From Eledone cirrhosa (taxonomy: Eukaryota), in the NCBI GenBank assembly GCA_964016885.1, contig OZ024743.1, forward strand, positions 194,556,001 to 194,620,000: a DNA stretch of 64,000 bases. The letters run 5' to 3'. The notes beneath the pieces are model-generated. The model was not told the DNA's origin and searched no databases. It was given only the letters and a program-made list of their open reading frames with translations. The translations under genes and the position numbers were made by a program. This document shows, piece after piece, positions 29,130 through 41,971 of the stretch (the stretch's first letter is position 1; every line of letters begins with the position of its first letter).

Positions 29130-29992
29130 ATTGATTTCTAATTTAGATATAAGCCCAACAAATTTAGCGAAGTGCAAAGCTGATAAAATCAACCCCAATA
29201 CTTGACTAATACTTCCTTTTATTGACCCCAGAATGTTGAAAGGCAATGTTGAAAGACAGGATATAAAACCAGAACGTAGAGTCCAATAAGGAAATATTGG
29301 TTTCTTATATAGGCACAAGGCCAGTAATTTGGGGGGAGGGGAAAATCGATTAAATCGACCCCAGTGCGTGACTGGTACTTTATTTTATCGACTACATAAG
29401 GATGAAAGGCAAAGTTAACCTCGGCGGGATTTGAGCTCAGATCATAAAGAGCCGTAACTCTATGCTGCAAAGCATGGCGTCCGACCCTCTACCGGTACTG
29501 CCAATCCACCGCCCTCGAGCCATAAGGAAATAACGTGATGCATGTAATCCACCGCACTAACGATTCTGCCAATCTGTCAATAATCATTTTAATTTGGATA
29601 CAAGTTCAGTAAACTTCGGGTGGAGTGGGGAAAGTCGATTAAATCGACCCAGTAAGTGAGTAATAATCTATTTTATCGATCCCTAAACAGGTTGTGAACT
29701 AAGATCATAAAGAGGCAGATCAAATACTGTTAAGCATTTATCCAACGCTCAAACAATTCTGCTAAACCACCACACTAATAATAATAATTTTTTCTAATTT
29801 AGGCACAAGGCCAGCAATTTGAAAGAAATGGGAAAGTCGATTAAATCAACCTTAGAGCATTACTGGTACTTTATTTAAACGACCCCATAAGGAAGAAACT
29901 AGGCAGAATTTGAAATCAGAACGCAAAGGGCCGTAATTCTATGTTGCATAGCATGGCGTCCGATGCTCTACTGATTCTGCAAATCCACCGCC
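29130..29992 (-). mobile_element. Cluster of about 4 SINE copies, including full-length 29297-29513 and 29790-29992
   Basis: Consensus match; ataaggaaata duplicated around the 29297-29513 copy; (AAT)n follows. Confidence 0.85.
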
Positions 29993-30067
<75 letters not shown>

Positions 30068-30396
30068 GCCGATAGTCGTACTGGAAAATCGATACGGTAA
30101 ACACTGATAATAAATGGTGGTTATAACAGTAGTGAATTTTGAATTTGTATCGATAGCCTAGCCGACATTTCTCACGTAGACTTGACTTCCACATCGCTCT
30201 CTCAGTGACCTACAGAGAGATATTAGCATTGGAATATCATTACGTTATTTTTTCTTTCGGAATCAAATTAGGCGATCATTTCGAGAAACTAAACATACGA
30301 TCAGACATACACATATACACATATGCACATCCAGAAGCAGAGACACACACACGGAAAGAGAAACAAACACACTGTTAGCGGTATACACATACATGC

Positions 30397-30449
<53 letters not shown>

Positions 30450-30456
30450 CACATAT

Positions 30457-30525
<69 letters not shown>

Positions 30526-30594
30526 TATATATATAACATATATACACATATGTATTATACACACACATAATATATATATATGTGTATATATGTA

Positions 30595-30722
<128 letters not shown>

Positions 30723-30768
30723 CACATATATATATATCATGTGTGTGTATAATACATGTGTATATATG

Positions 30769-30861
<93 letters not shown>

Positions 30862-30870
30862 TATTATTTA

Positions 30871-30923
<53 letters not shown>

Positions 30924-30973
30924 CATATATACACATATGTATTATACACAGACATAATATGTATATATGTATG

Positions 30974-31019
<46 letters not shown>

Positions 31020-31885
31020 GATATAGACAAATACTGATACAATCAAGAGTAAATAGGGCTAAATTTTATAATGTCGAAGTCAATATTGATGAACTAAAAC
31101 ATCAACACAGTAGAAATGTATTAGATAATACAATTATATAGAGAGAGTGGAGATGAATAAATGAAGCAAAATATAGGTAACATAAACAAACAATAGGACG
31201 AAACGTAGGCACATACATATATAATAAGCTAGGTAATCATCATTGAAGATGTCACTCTATACCAGATAGGTTTGATGCCATGTTTTAGAATATAGAAAAT
31301 ATAGAAAGATATCAAAGTTAGATGAGGGAGGGTTTGTCGTTAACTAGCAATCGATATTTGTTTGTGAAGTAAGTTTTAATAGGAGGGGAAAAATCGATAG
31401 GCTAAAATAACATTGTCACTACGGTCTTTATCAATAGAATTTTTTCATATATTTCTTTCACTGAATAAAGTTTAGATTGGTTTATTGTTCTCATAATCTT
31501 GTCGTATTTTTTGTTCCTTTTTTTGGTAGGGAGAATATATATCATTAATAACAAGGAAACTGATAAGTATATACCTGGTCTTTTTTTCTTTTATCTAAGT
31601 ATATATCCTCGCTTCACATTTTGAAACATTATTAAATATCTTTCAGTATAATGGGTACTTACAATGTTACACACACACACACAAACACACACACATACAC
31701 ACGCGCGCGCGCACGCATGCGTACGTGTATATATATATTGTGATTTTGTTATGCTACGATGACTGGATTTAACTCTGAACTGTCTTTCGACAATCTTGAT
31801 GTGGAAAAGATTGCATTAGAGCTTTAAATATCAGACTGTTTTGTACAGTTGTATTATCAACTCATATCTACCTTATATATATATA

Positions 31886-32084
31886 TAGTGAAAGAGTGAA
31901 GAATAACATGGTCGGCTGTACAAAAAGGTTTTATTTACATTATTTATACTGTAAATAAAACCCTTTTTGTACAGCCGACCATGTTATTCTTCACTCTTTC
32001 TCTACTATTACTCCAAGAATGACCTGCATGGGAATTCTCGCAAACTCGCTACCTAACTAATACCTAAAACGATAACTTGTTATC

Positions 32085-32086
<2 letters not shown>
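31886..32086 (+). mobile_element. PLE-type fold-back remnant: ~54-bp inverted repeat plus 82-nt tail
   Basis: Arms 31886-31939 and 31950-32004, AATAAA in the arm, tail 32005-32086, (TA)n on both sides; no ribozyme retained. Confidence 0.7.
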
Positions 32087-32122
<36 letters not shown>

Positions 32123-32125
<3 letters not shown>

Positions 32126-32542
32126 AGGTGAGTTTTATTGTAGTACAATAAAGCAATGCAGATATCGGATAAGAAGCACTCTACAGTTTGTAGGACTGGA
32201 GTATGCATAATATAAGATCAAAAGATGGTTAAAGGAGTACCATGTATTTTATTATGCGCATTTCAAAAACAAACATCATCATGCAATAATATTTGTGTTT
32301 TCATCAGATAAAACAGGAGAACATGATATGAAGGCTAAAAAACACTTGTGGATAGTGCAGTTTTAAATCAACATATCAACATATGTTGATTTAAAACTGC
32401 ACTATCCACAAGTGTTTTTTAGCCTTCATATCATGTTCTCCTGTTTTATCTGATGAAAACACAAATATTATTGCATGATGATGCTTGTTTTTGAAATGCG
32501 CATAATAAAATACATGGATCTCCTTTAACCATCTTTTGATCT

Positions 32543-32550
<8 letters not shown>
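32123..32550 (-). mobile_element. PLE-type fold-back element: 84-nt tail plus near-perfect 170-bp hairpin with hammerhead
   Basis: Arms 32207-32376 and 32381-32550, 4-nt loop CAAC, (TA)n on both sides. Confidence 0.85.
32442..32512 (+). ncRNA. Minimal type I hammerhead ribozyme (mirror copy at 32245-32315, minus strand)
   Basis: tgttttat-CTGATGA-aaacacaa...ttgttttt-GAAA-T-gcgc-ATA-ataaaata. Confidence 0.8.
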
Positions 32551-32579
<29 letters not shown>

Positions 32580-32639
32580 GAGAGAGAGAGAGGGGGTGTT
32601 ATATAGAAAAGGCTTCTATAGGACAAGAACTGTTTAATT

Positions 32640-33545
32640 CGTGTGAAAGCATTAGCTGAACAGATGGTCACTTGGAAACAACACATACAATCAAGAAAGC
32701 TGAAAGCATACTCAGCAAAAAGCAAAGTGTTAGTAAGTATGAGAGAAGACGGAGCCTTAATTCGATCAGGGAAATTACCATGTTTGATATCTTGAAAAGT
32801 AATAAGCAGAAACTATATCGATATATAGAATGCTAATCTCGGGTACACAAGCGATGCAGTGTGGTAGCTGTTACAACATTAGAAAGGAAGACTTGTAATG
32901 TATTAGATGTTTAGGGATAATTGGTAGCAAGAGTGTTAGGGATATAAAGATTTTCCAAACTCAAGAAGTTGTTGGTAGCTTCTGATATCTTAATTAGCAA
33001 TGGGGAAGGATGCTCCGATAATATTGTAACTAGAACAGTGAAACGGAGGTAGAAGTTTAGGAAGCTGCTTAGTCGGTTGACAACAAAACGTTTTACCCTA
33101 CGAGCGAGAGTCCAGCTGTAAGACACCTGTGTCTGAAATGCCATGTTATATGATAGCGAAATATGAACAGTAAACGCAGAGGATATGCACAACTGAGAAA
33201 TTAAATGAGTATCTTCGATTGATGTGCAAATATAATGTGCCTGAATACCAAAACATGGATTAACTAAGAAAAAATGGGTATAAGAGGAATCAGATGTAAT
33301 GTGCAAGAAAGGAAACCACGCTGGTATGGGCATGTGGAGTGGAGGGATTATGACCGATGGGTAAAGAAGAGCCAGGAAGTCTTTGTCGAAGAAACCACCG
33401 TAGAGAAAAGTAGAAAAAAACCTGTACGGAGGAGGTAAGTGCTAATCTCAAATCACTGAAGCTTAGAGAGGAGATCGTGTGGAGTAGAGTGATGCATTGA
33501 TGAAACAGACTCATTCAAAAGACTGAACGTAAAATGCTGCTGCTG
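32640..33545 (+). mobile_element. Decayed RTE LINE 3' fragment
   Basis: KFRKLLSRLTTK...NAMLYDSE (MLYGSE-like) and RWYGHVE motifs with many stops; ends in aacgtaaaatg plus (CTG)/(ATG)n. Confidence 0.6.
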
Positions 33546-33569
33546 CTGCTGATAATGATGATGATAATA

Positions 33570-33968
33570 ATTGTTTCTACTTTAGGCACAAGGCCAATAA
33601 TTTGAAGGGGAGGGGAAAGTCAATTAAACTGACCTCAGTGCATTATTGGTGCTTTATTTTGTCGCACCCGTAAGTATGAAGGGCAAAGCTAACCTCGGCA
33701 GGATTTGAACTCAGAATGTAAAGGGCCACAACTCTATGCTGCAAAAGCATGTTGTCTGATGCTCCACCGATACTGCCAATCCACCGCCCTTATAATAACT
33801 GTTTCTACTTTTGGCACAAGGCCAGCAAATACCCCAGTGCATTACTGGTGCTTTATTTTATCAACATCGTAAGGATGAAAGGCAAAGTTAACCACGGCGG
33901 ATTTGAACTCAGAAGGGCCGTAACTCTATGCTGGAAAGCATGGCGTCCGACCCTATAGCGATACTGCA
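33570..33968 (-). mobile_element. Two SINE copies (33570-33788, 33800-33968)
   Basis: Consensus match. Confidence 0.9.
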
Positions 33969-34435
33969 ACATGTTGATATATATTTGTTAACATTTCATA
34001 ATTCAATAATAAGAACACTAATTACTTATTTCAGATTTCAACGATACGTTGGGTTCTTTCGTAATTTAAATTAATCTTATACTGTCTAGAAGACTATTTC
34101 GGGTGCTTCCATTACCCATCGTAGATTATCGGTTAACCTACTATAGGTTCTATGAATTTGACATTAGTTTATATTTCTCGTTCAATATGCACTATCACAT
34201 TGAGAAATTTCAAAACAAATTTTTACATGAAAACTAGTATGTTTGCCAAAACAAATATCTGCCGAGTGTTAGAAGGCCAATTCTGTGTTTGGATGTTTGT
34301 TATGAGAAGAGAAGAATATATCAATTCTCTTGAGATATTTTATTCTATGGAGACCATACCTAAATCAATTACTTCTACAGTACAGAATGTGTTTTGAAAT
34401 AGAGTCTGAATTCTATTCACAATATATTGCATATA

Positions 34436-34478
<43 letters not shown>

Positions 34479-35131
34479 CTATATATACATATATATATAT
34501 ATATATATAGTGAAAAATGGAACGGGAACAAAACAGAGAGGCAGTACGAACAAAGGTTTATTAGTTTCACGCTCTTGAGAGTGTGTGTGTGTGTGTGTGG
34601 GGGGGGTTTATAGATTTATAGATATAAACATATCAACAAACAATTTTGTAGATTTGATCCCATGCGTGCAGCTGTCGCGTACTTATTGTATTTTAAATAT
34701 ATCCCGTTTGACTGGTATTCGAGTTACGCTGAGCAAACATTTAATTCAGTCATTGAAAATGTTAATTGTACACCACTCCGAAAAATATTAATTACAATCT
34801 ACGTGTATACATTCCTCTCACATCAAATATCGCATATCTTACAACCATACCCAAGTAACAAACGCTCTGTTTCCGCAAACTAAGTTTTGATCCCTTGTTT
34901 ATCCTTAACTTTCTCATAAAATGGAAAGATCATTAAATATGTTGAACATACCATAAAAAGAACTATATGTCACGACCTATTTAATATACACCTTATCATT
35001 TAAAGCTTGGTGTTCCCATTCAGTATGCCAACGATCTAGTTCCGATTCGTTCTAGAAAGCATTTTCTTTATTGAAACACACACAAGCAGAAACAGACACG
35101 CGGAGAAACATACACATACACTTATATATAC

Positions 35132-35163
<32 letters not shown>

Positions 35164-35189
35164 ATTTATATATATGTATATATATATAT

Positions 35190-35768
35190 ATATACATACA
35201 TGCACACATATATATATATATATAGTATAGTTTCACCGAACATTTGTTATAATGCTCGGTGTGTTTGTAAACAAACATCCCGAATTAAGCCGTACAGTGG
35301 CTAGCAACCATCGTTGCTCATTTGTTCAACACTGACATAGGAACGCTGTACTAGTTTCAGCCTTATTAGCTATCGTCAGCAACGTATACCTTCCTGCCAG
35401 ATGATTGAACGTATGGAAGTATATACTTTCCTTATGCATATTAACGGCTGAGCAGCCTAATTTGCATATCCAGTGAGTTAATCGGCCGGGCGCACCGAAA
35501 ACGATAAACGGAAAAAATGAAACGAAATTTCATTTCTCACTCTTTGTACGGATTTTACTTAAATATAAGTATGTATACGTACATACATATATGTATACAG
35601 ATCTACAGTATATATATATACATACATGCACACATATATATATATGTACGTATGGATTCACCGAACATTTATTATTCATATATACATATATGTATGTACG
35701 TATACATACGTATATTTAATTAACAGCCGTACTAAGAGTGAGAAATGAAGTTTCGTTTCATTTTTTCC

Positions 35769-35774
<6 letters not shown>
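35190..35774 (-). mobile_element. PLE-type element with both tandem and inverted repeats plus hammerhead
   Basis: Direct repeat about 35190-35250 and 35613-35676; inverted repeat 35504-35597 and 35681-35774; (TA)n flanks. Confidence 0.75.
35343..35385 (-). ncRNA. Minimal type I hammerhead ribozyme
   Basis: Minus strand: acgttg-CTGACGA-t-agc taataag gct-GAAA-ctag-TA-cagcgt. Confidence 0.8.
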
Positions 35775-35820
<46 letters not shown>

Positions 35821-35822
<2 letters not shown>

Positions 35823-36180
35823 GTTTTGCAAGGTTTTTGATATGAAATCGCGTGTCGCAACTAATATTTGGTGTGGGTGATATTGTTATAATGATATTGC
35901 AAGATATAAAAATGGCGTAGGCATTAAAATACAGCGGGAGGAAATATAATAGTACCACCGAGGATGTCACAGATGTGTGCCGAAAGAACTTTGATGGATT
36001 ATATATATATATTTATATCTGTATTTGGTCAATCAATGGTAAACCTTGATTTCCTGAATTATTAACTATGGAGATATAAAAGATACAAAAGCTAAAACCA
36101 ACCCAAATCAAATAGTGAGTGTGTTCTATTATTACTTCTGGCAATATTATTATAACAATATAACTCTCCCCAAATATAAC
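35821..36180. mobile_element. Old fold-back remnant with ~43-nt tail
   Basis: About 35864-35900 is an approximate reverse complement of 36141-36177; (TA)n flanks. Confidence 0.45.
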
Positions 36181-36251
36181 AATATATATATATATATATA
36201 TCTATATATATGTGTGTGTGTGTGTATATGTATATATATATATGTATATAT

Positions 36252-36811
36252 AATTAGAAATATAAGTTATCGCCGTATTTTGACTAAATAAATTATTTAG
36301 CCTGATAGTAGGCTTAAGAACTCTCGGAGAAATGGAAAAAGATGAGTATTGACGAACATGGGAGTCGAACCCACATCTGCGGTTATCCAGACCACTGTGC
36401 TACCATTACACCAACACATCACCCGTGTTCTTCCATTCAAATTAGAAATCTTAACCCCACTATCAGGCCAAATAATTTCTTTAGTCAAAATACGGCGAAA
36501 GCCTATATTTCTAATTTAAAACTCGCTCGCTGTTTCGAAAATATTCTTACTTGACATTACACTTGCTAAGATTATAGCTTCTAATTTGAATGGACGAAGA
36601 CGGGTGATGTGTTGGTGTAATGGTAGCACAGTGGTCTGGATAACCACAGATGTGGGTTCGACTCCCATGTACGTCAATACTCATCTTTTTCCATTTCTTC
36701 GAGGGTTCTTAACCCCACTATCAGTCTAAATAATTTCTTTAGTCAAAATACGGCGATAGCTTATATTTCTAATTTCAAACTCGCTCGCTGTTTCAAAAAT
36801 ATTCTTACTTG
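36252..36811 (+). mobile_element. tRNA-containing inverted/tandem repeat element in (TA)n
   Basis: Inverted unit 36252-36447, partial forward unit 36449-36554, full forward unit 36579-36811 with 37-nt tail (36775-36811) absent from the inverted copy. Confidence 0.8.
36606..36676 (+). tRNA. tRNA-like sequence (probable pseudo-tRNA/Pol III cassette); mirror copy at 36350-36420, minus strand
   Basis: Cloverleaf: acceptor gatgtgt/gtacgtc (G-U rich), D arm gtgt/gcac with TGGTGTAATGG A box, anticodon arm gtggt/accac with loop CTGGATA, T arm gtggg-TTCGACT-cccat; TTTTT at 36686-36690. Confidence 0.65.
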
Positions 36812-36827
36812 ATATATATATTTATAT

Positions 36828-37071
36828 GAAGTATTTCCGTCGAAGGGTAAAAGAAGGGAGAGTGCTCTATGTATGCTACAGGGCTATTTAATTATGTAGT
36901 AAAACAACACAAAACAATTATTCCATTTACCAAGGTTTTGACGAAGACAGGCGATCTCAACAGAGACATCTGAAATCATTCTGATGGACGATTTCAGTCG
37001 TCTCTGTTGAACTTTCCTGCGCTCGTGAAACTTTTGGTAAATGTAATAATTGTATTGTGTTGTTTATTACA

Positions 37072-37074
<3 letters not shown>
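36828..37074. mobile_element. PLE-type fold-back remnant: ~64-nt tail plus diverged ~86-bp inverted repeat
   Basis: Arms about 36892-36977 and 36990-37074; (TA)n flanks. Confidence 0.7.
36977..37043 (+). ncRNA. Degenerate type I hammerhead ribozyme
   Basis: catt-CTGATGG-acga...tcgt-GAAAC-ttttg-GTA-aatg; one core mismatch (A9 to G). Confidence 0.55.
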
Positions 37075-37136
<62 letters not shown>

Positions 37137-37139
<3 letters not shown>

Positions 37140-37753
37140 AGGTCACCAGTTGGTGCTACTGGTAACATGTATCCCAGTACAACCTGTCTGATGGTCGGGT
37201 CGTTGGCGACTAAACTGGCAACCCCACCAAGGTTTCTTGGTGAGGAGGGTGACTTTGGACATCCTGCAGGACTAAAAACAAAACCTGTCAAAGGGCAAAG
37301 GAGCTCTTAAGAGTCAATGGTCATCCAAAATCACTGGGAGAGATGACCCCTTAGCCTTCGTCAAGGCAGAATTCTAGGAGAAGGAAAACTCTGATATAAC
37401 ACCTGCAACCCTGATGGTATCCAATGATGCTGACTTGTTCTTCTCTTTGGTAAATATCATCTTGGTTAAGAGAGTTAGACTGGCTTTGTGCAGTGCCTTT
37501 GATCACTATAAAAGCTTCACGGCACAGGCATTGCTTTGTATCTGGAGATCTCTCTGCACTTGTCGTCACATGGTGCCGTGGGCCCAGCACTATGTGTCAA
37601 GAATTGTCACAGTTGTAGTGTTTGTTCCAGAGTACTGGCTGGACTAAAAGTCGCTGGCTGGAATAAAACGTCACACTGTTTAGCGCATCGGTAGGGGTTC
37701 TCCTACATGGATATAAAGTAGTGGCCGTACTCGGAAACAAGTTGGCAGCCACC
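37137..37753 (+). mobile_element. Non-autonomous RTE-like retroposon, longest copy
   Basis: Contains ctaggagaaggaaaactctg, which I recognise as an RTE-type 5' UTR motif; shares its 3' end with three 5'-truncated copies. Confidence 0.8.
37141..37218 (+). ncRNA. Candidate HDV-like ribozyme
   Basis: P1 ggtca/tggtc, P2 ccagt/actgg, P3 ca/tg, L3 acctgtc, P1.1 cc/gg, P4 gtcg-ttgg-cga, J4/2 CTAA; begins 4 nt from the element's 5' end. Confidence 0.55.
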
Positions 37754-39510
37754 ATATATATACATAGTAATAATAATAAATATGAAGACTCAAATCCAAA
37801 GAGGGCTCGATAAGGATAAATATATATCAAATATATAAGAATCCTAGAGCAAATATTTATTAAAAAAACAGATTAAAGTTTAAGCAAAGAATCGCTGCTT
37901 TCACCTTTAACGGATCTACTGAAACGAAAAAAAATCAATCTGTGAACGTAGAAATAAATGTTTCGAAAAACGTTGCAACCGAAAGTAAACAGGAAGACGA
38001 TACTTTGGTTCGTGAAGACGTTCCCTGGCAATGAACGGAAAAAAAGCGGAGATAATACGTCGTTATGTGGACCGATGAGGACAAATACGCACAAAGACAA
38101 AACCACGTTTATGACGTAAATGGAGTCATAGACATATTCTATTTAGGAAAGCAAATTATTCTCAGCTTCAGAGTTAAGAAAAGCAACAATAATTAAATAT
38201 ATACATACACGCATCCAACGTATATACACATGCATACGCGAAAACACATGCCAAGAACGTACACATAAATACGCGCACAGATAAATCCGCGCGACACCTG
38301 AACCCGCACACATACGAAAGTATACACCAAATACACAAAAAAGATATATATGTGTGTGTGTGTGTGTGTATACATATAATTATAAACGTATATAAGTATA
38401 CACACATAAATACGTATATAACGCACGCACACACATACCTACAAGTAAATACACATATGTTCATTAAACGTATGTAAACCAAAACACAAAGTACACATAT
38501 ACACACCTTACATACGTGCAAACACGCATACACCCACAAATACAAAATACACATACACACATAACCTATACACATGTACCAGTATATATAATATAATATA
38601 TACAGCTATAGCAAATACAAGCAGATCTAGGTACGAGAAAGTATACGTACCTTCACAAAACATACAGGTAATATATACTTACCTATACAAATAAGTAATG
38701 GTATAAATATAAAATATACTTAGCTTCCACATCAAGACGTAAATTATCCGCGTATTGTTCGTACTATCCGTTAGGGTATAATGTGGGGCTGTAATACAGA
38801 AAAGTGTTATGCAATTTATGTTTACAAGCCGAAATTGCCTCAGATATTTTGTTTAAGATGTGTTCATGGGCATATATGTGTGTCTATTCGTGTGTGTGTG
38901 TTAGTGTTTGTGTGTGTTTGTGTGTGTGTGTGTACCAGTATGTGCATGACACTGCTTGAACATACTTATTAAATATTTAGCCAACCAATACATGTTCCAT
39001 GCTGAATATTGCACTGAAATATTTATTTCCTTTATCCTCATTTTGTGGCTAGTGTATTCGGACAGTTGCAGATGAGAGAAAAGATATTCGTTTTGTCGCT
39101 GCATTAAAGTTGATGGATATATTTATGACTGTTTTCTTTCAACACCAAAGTTGGAGACATGGTAAAATACTTGTTAAGGTTTCTCTATTTGAGTTAAACT
39201 TAAAACAAAACTAACAAATTCCACCATTTTTATTTCATCCTTGTTACATTTCAACTTACATTGATTCACATAGACCTATTTAATTTGAAAATTTAATGCT
39301 GCAAGCAGGAAATTTACAAACGAGTGCAAGCTAAATTCTAGCATCTAAATCTCACTTCGTCTTCACCTATTGATTTGTAGCACAGACACACGACATCTAA
39401 AGATGGTTTAAAAGCTGTTAATACTACTCATAATACGAACATACAATATATAATCACAGGCTGAAAATTGCAGGAATAGTAGTCATTTTATTCTGCTGAC
39501 AAATGTTTCT

Positions 39511-39546
<36 letters not shown>

Positions 39547-39549
39547 CAT

Positions 39550-40000
39550 ATTCCAGTGGGCCCTGTCAGAAGCAATTGTATCCAACTGATCCAACTGGAT
39601 CCCCAAGGGAAGCACGCCAAGCTCAATGATGTTATCCAGCCATATTCCAAGGTGTCTATCCTGGGTCTCCTGCCAGTTGGTTTCGCCCGTAAAATCTGTC
39701 CTGCGATTTTTCTTGAGACATTCTAAACACATACCCATAGTATCGAAGCTGTGATCTCCCAACTCTGAGAATTAGTGGTTCTACCTGGAGTGAATCCTGC
39801 CTTCTATCACTCGTGAACCCATACTCGAGATGCATGAACATCTCCATCTTCTCTCAGTATAACTCATTCACACGGAGAGAGTACTGCGCAGGCCTCATTG
39901 AAAGAACCAGTGTCTCAGTCTTTGTAACACTAATTTTCATTCCAGCCATGCAGCACTCTGCATCAAACCTATCAAGTGCAAGTCGTATATCACATTTTGT
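39550..40000 (-). mobile_element. Decayed RTE LINE 3' fragment
   Basis: LQVEPLILRVGRSQLRYYGYVFRM...WLDNI...IASDRAHW, typical RTE C-terminus. Confidence 0.65.
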
Positions 40001-41504
40001 CGAGTTAAATTATAGAATGCCGTCTGCAAATTCCATTATTAATAGATATAATGTTTACGTTTATCACAATCTAAACGCTATCTCATGGAATTAACAAATG
40101 TTGCTAATATTTGCCCCAATGAAATGAAGCCATATTTGGAAAATGGCATTTTAATAATTAATACAACATAATATAATAAACCAAGCATCGCTATTTAAAA
40201 CCGTATAAAATTACTAGGAACATCAGTATATCTACGTAATAAAAGGCAAAAGAGAAAGTAAGTAAAAGTAAATATAGAAGGAAATAATTTGTTATGGTAC
40301 TAGACATAAAATATAAATGTAATAAAAGTATTGAAGAAAGTACAAGTAATATATGTCAATTGTTTAGAAACCGTCAGTTATCAATATTTGTAAACCATAT
40401 ATATGTAATTGTGCTGGTTATATTAATCTGAGGGAAATGTAAAGGATTTTACATACAACTCTTGGCAGAATGAGATAACAGGACGCACAGAATCTGGCCA
40501 GATAACATAAAGTATCCCCTTTAACGGTTTAACAATTATGCCAATCCAGCTCCCGAGTTAGTACTTGGTTATTCGATCGCGAAATTAACCACGACAGGAA
40601 TCAAAATATGATAGCGGTCAGCCAGAAGAAATGTTGTGGCATTTAATCCGATGCCTTAACGCCTACACATATATTATAGTATAATTATCTTCACGCGGTT
40701 TCGTTACTATCATTGGGTTCCAATCCTTCACCAAATACCTGAACAATAAATCTGAAATTTTCAGAAAATACACACACATGAACATCCACCTGTTTACAGC
40801 ATGCGGCAGTAATATCACAAGCCTACTACCAGCTTAGACAACCACAAAACAAAGTTGCCTATATACTGTATAAGAAAAAACAAAAGATTAATTTAGACAT
40901 AGAGTTATCCCTCTTGCAACGAACGAGATTTCATACAAATAACGCCATCCGCCGTTGTTTTAGAGTTATCTGAATGAATGTCATGTATGTGGAGGTTCAA
41001 AACCACAATCTAAGACGAATGCGGTATTGGAAACCGACGGTAGCAAAAAACTGGTGTTGAAGATAACTATAATATTCCAGCTCAGTATATTGTATAGAGC
41101 ACTCTGTTTCCTCTATCCCTTCTACGGAAAATCGTTCAACACCACAATGTATATACAATTTATATATGTACTTTAGTGTGCTTGTTTTCAGACATACATA
41201 CGTACATAGATGAATACGTACATGCATACATAAATACATACATATATATATATACATACAAACATACATACATATATACAAACAGTATATATAACTATAT
41301 ATTGACACACATGCATAAACACATATATACATACATATATATATATACAAACATACATACATACGTACACACATACTTACATAAACACATACATACACAT
41401 ATAACTCTATACTGACACACAGATACATAAACATATATATATATACATATATACATATATAAATATATACGAACATACATACATGCATACATAGATACAT
41501 ACAT

Positions 41505-41913
41505 GGTGGCTGCCAACTCGTTTTCGAGTACGGCCACTACTTTATATCCATGTAGGAGAACCCCTACCGATGCGCTATACAAGTATGACTTTTTAGTCCA
41601 GCCAGCGACTTGAAGACGCTGGTACAAACACTACACCTGTGACAATTATTGACACATAGTGCTGGGCCCATGGCACCATGTGACGGCAAGTGCAGAGAGA
41701 TCTCCAGATATAAAGCAATGCCTGTGCCGTGAAGCTTTTATAGAGAGCAAAGGCACTGCACAAAGCCAGTCCCACTCTCTTAAACAAGATGATATTTACC
41801 AAAAAGAAGAACAAGTCAACATCATTGGATACCATCAGGGTTGCAGGTGTTATATCAGAGTTTTCCTTCTCCTAGAATTCTGCCTTAACAAAGGCTAAGG
41901 GATCATCTCTCCC
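41505..41913 (-). mobile_element. Non-autonomous RTE-like retroposon, copy 3
   Basis: Near-identical to the other copies; embedded in (TACA)n. Confidence 0.85.
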
Positions 41914-41971
41914 ATACATACATACATACATACATACATACATACATACATACATACATACATACATACAT

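Noticed and set aside
36606-36676. Functional tRNA-Ser(GGA) gene
   Set aside because: No long variable arm, G-U-rich acceptor stem, U at position 37 and location inside a rearranged repeat; treated as tRNA-like
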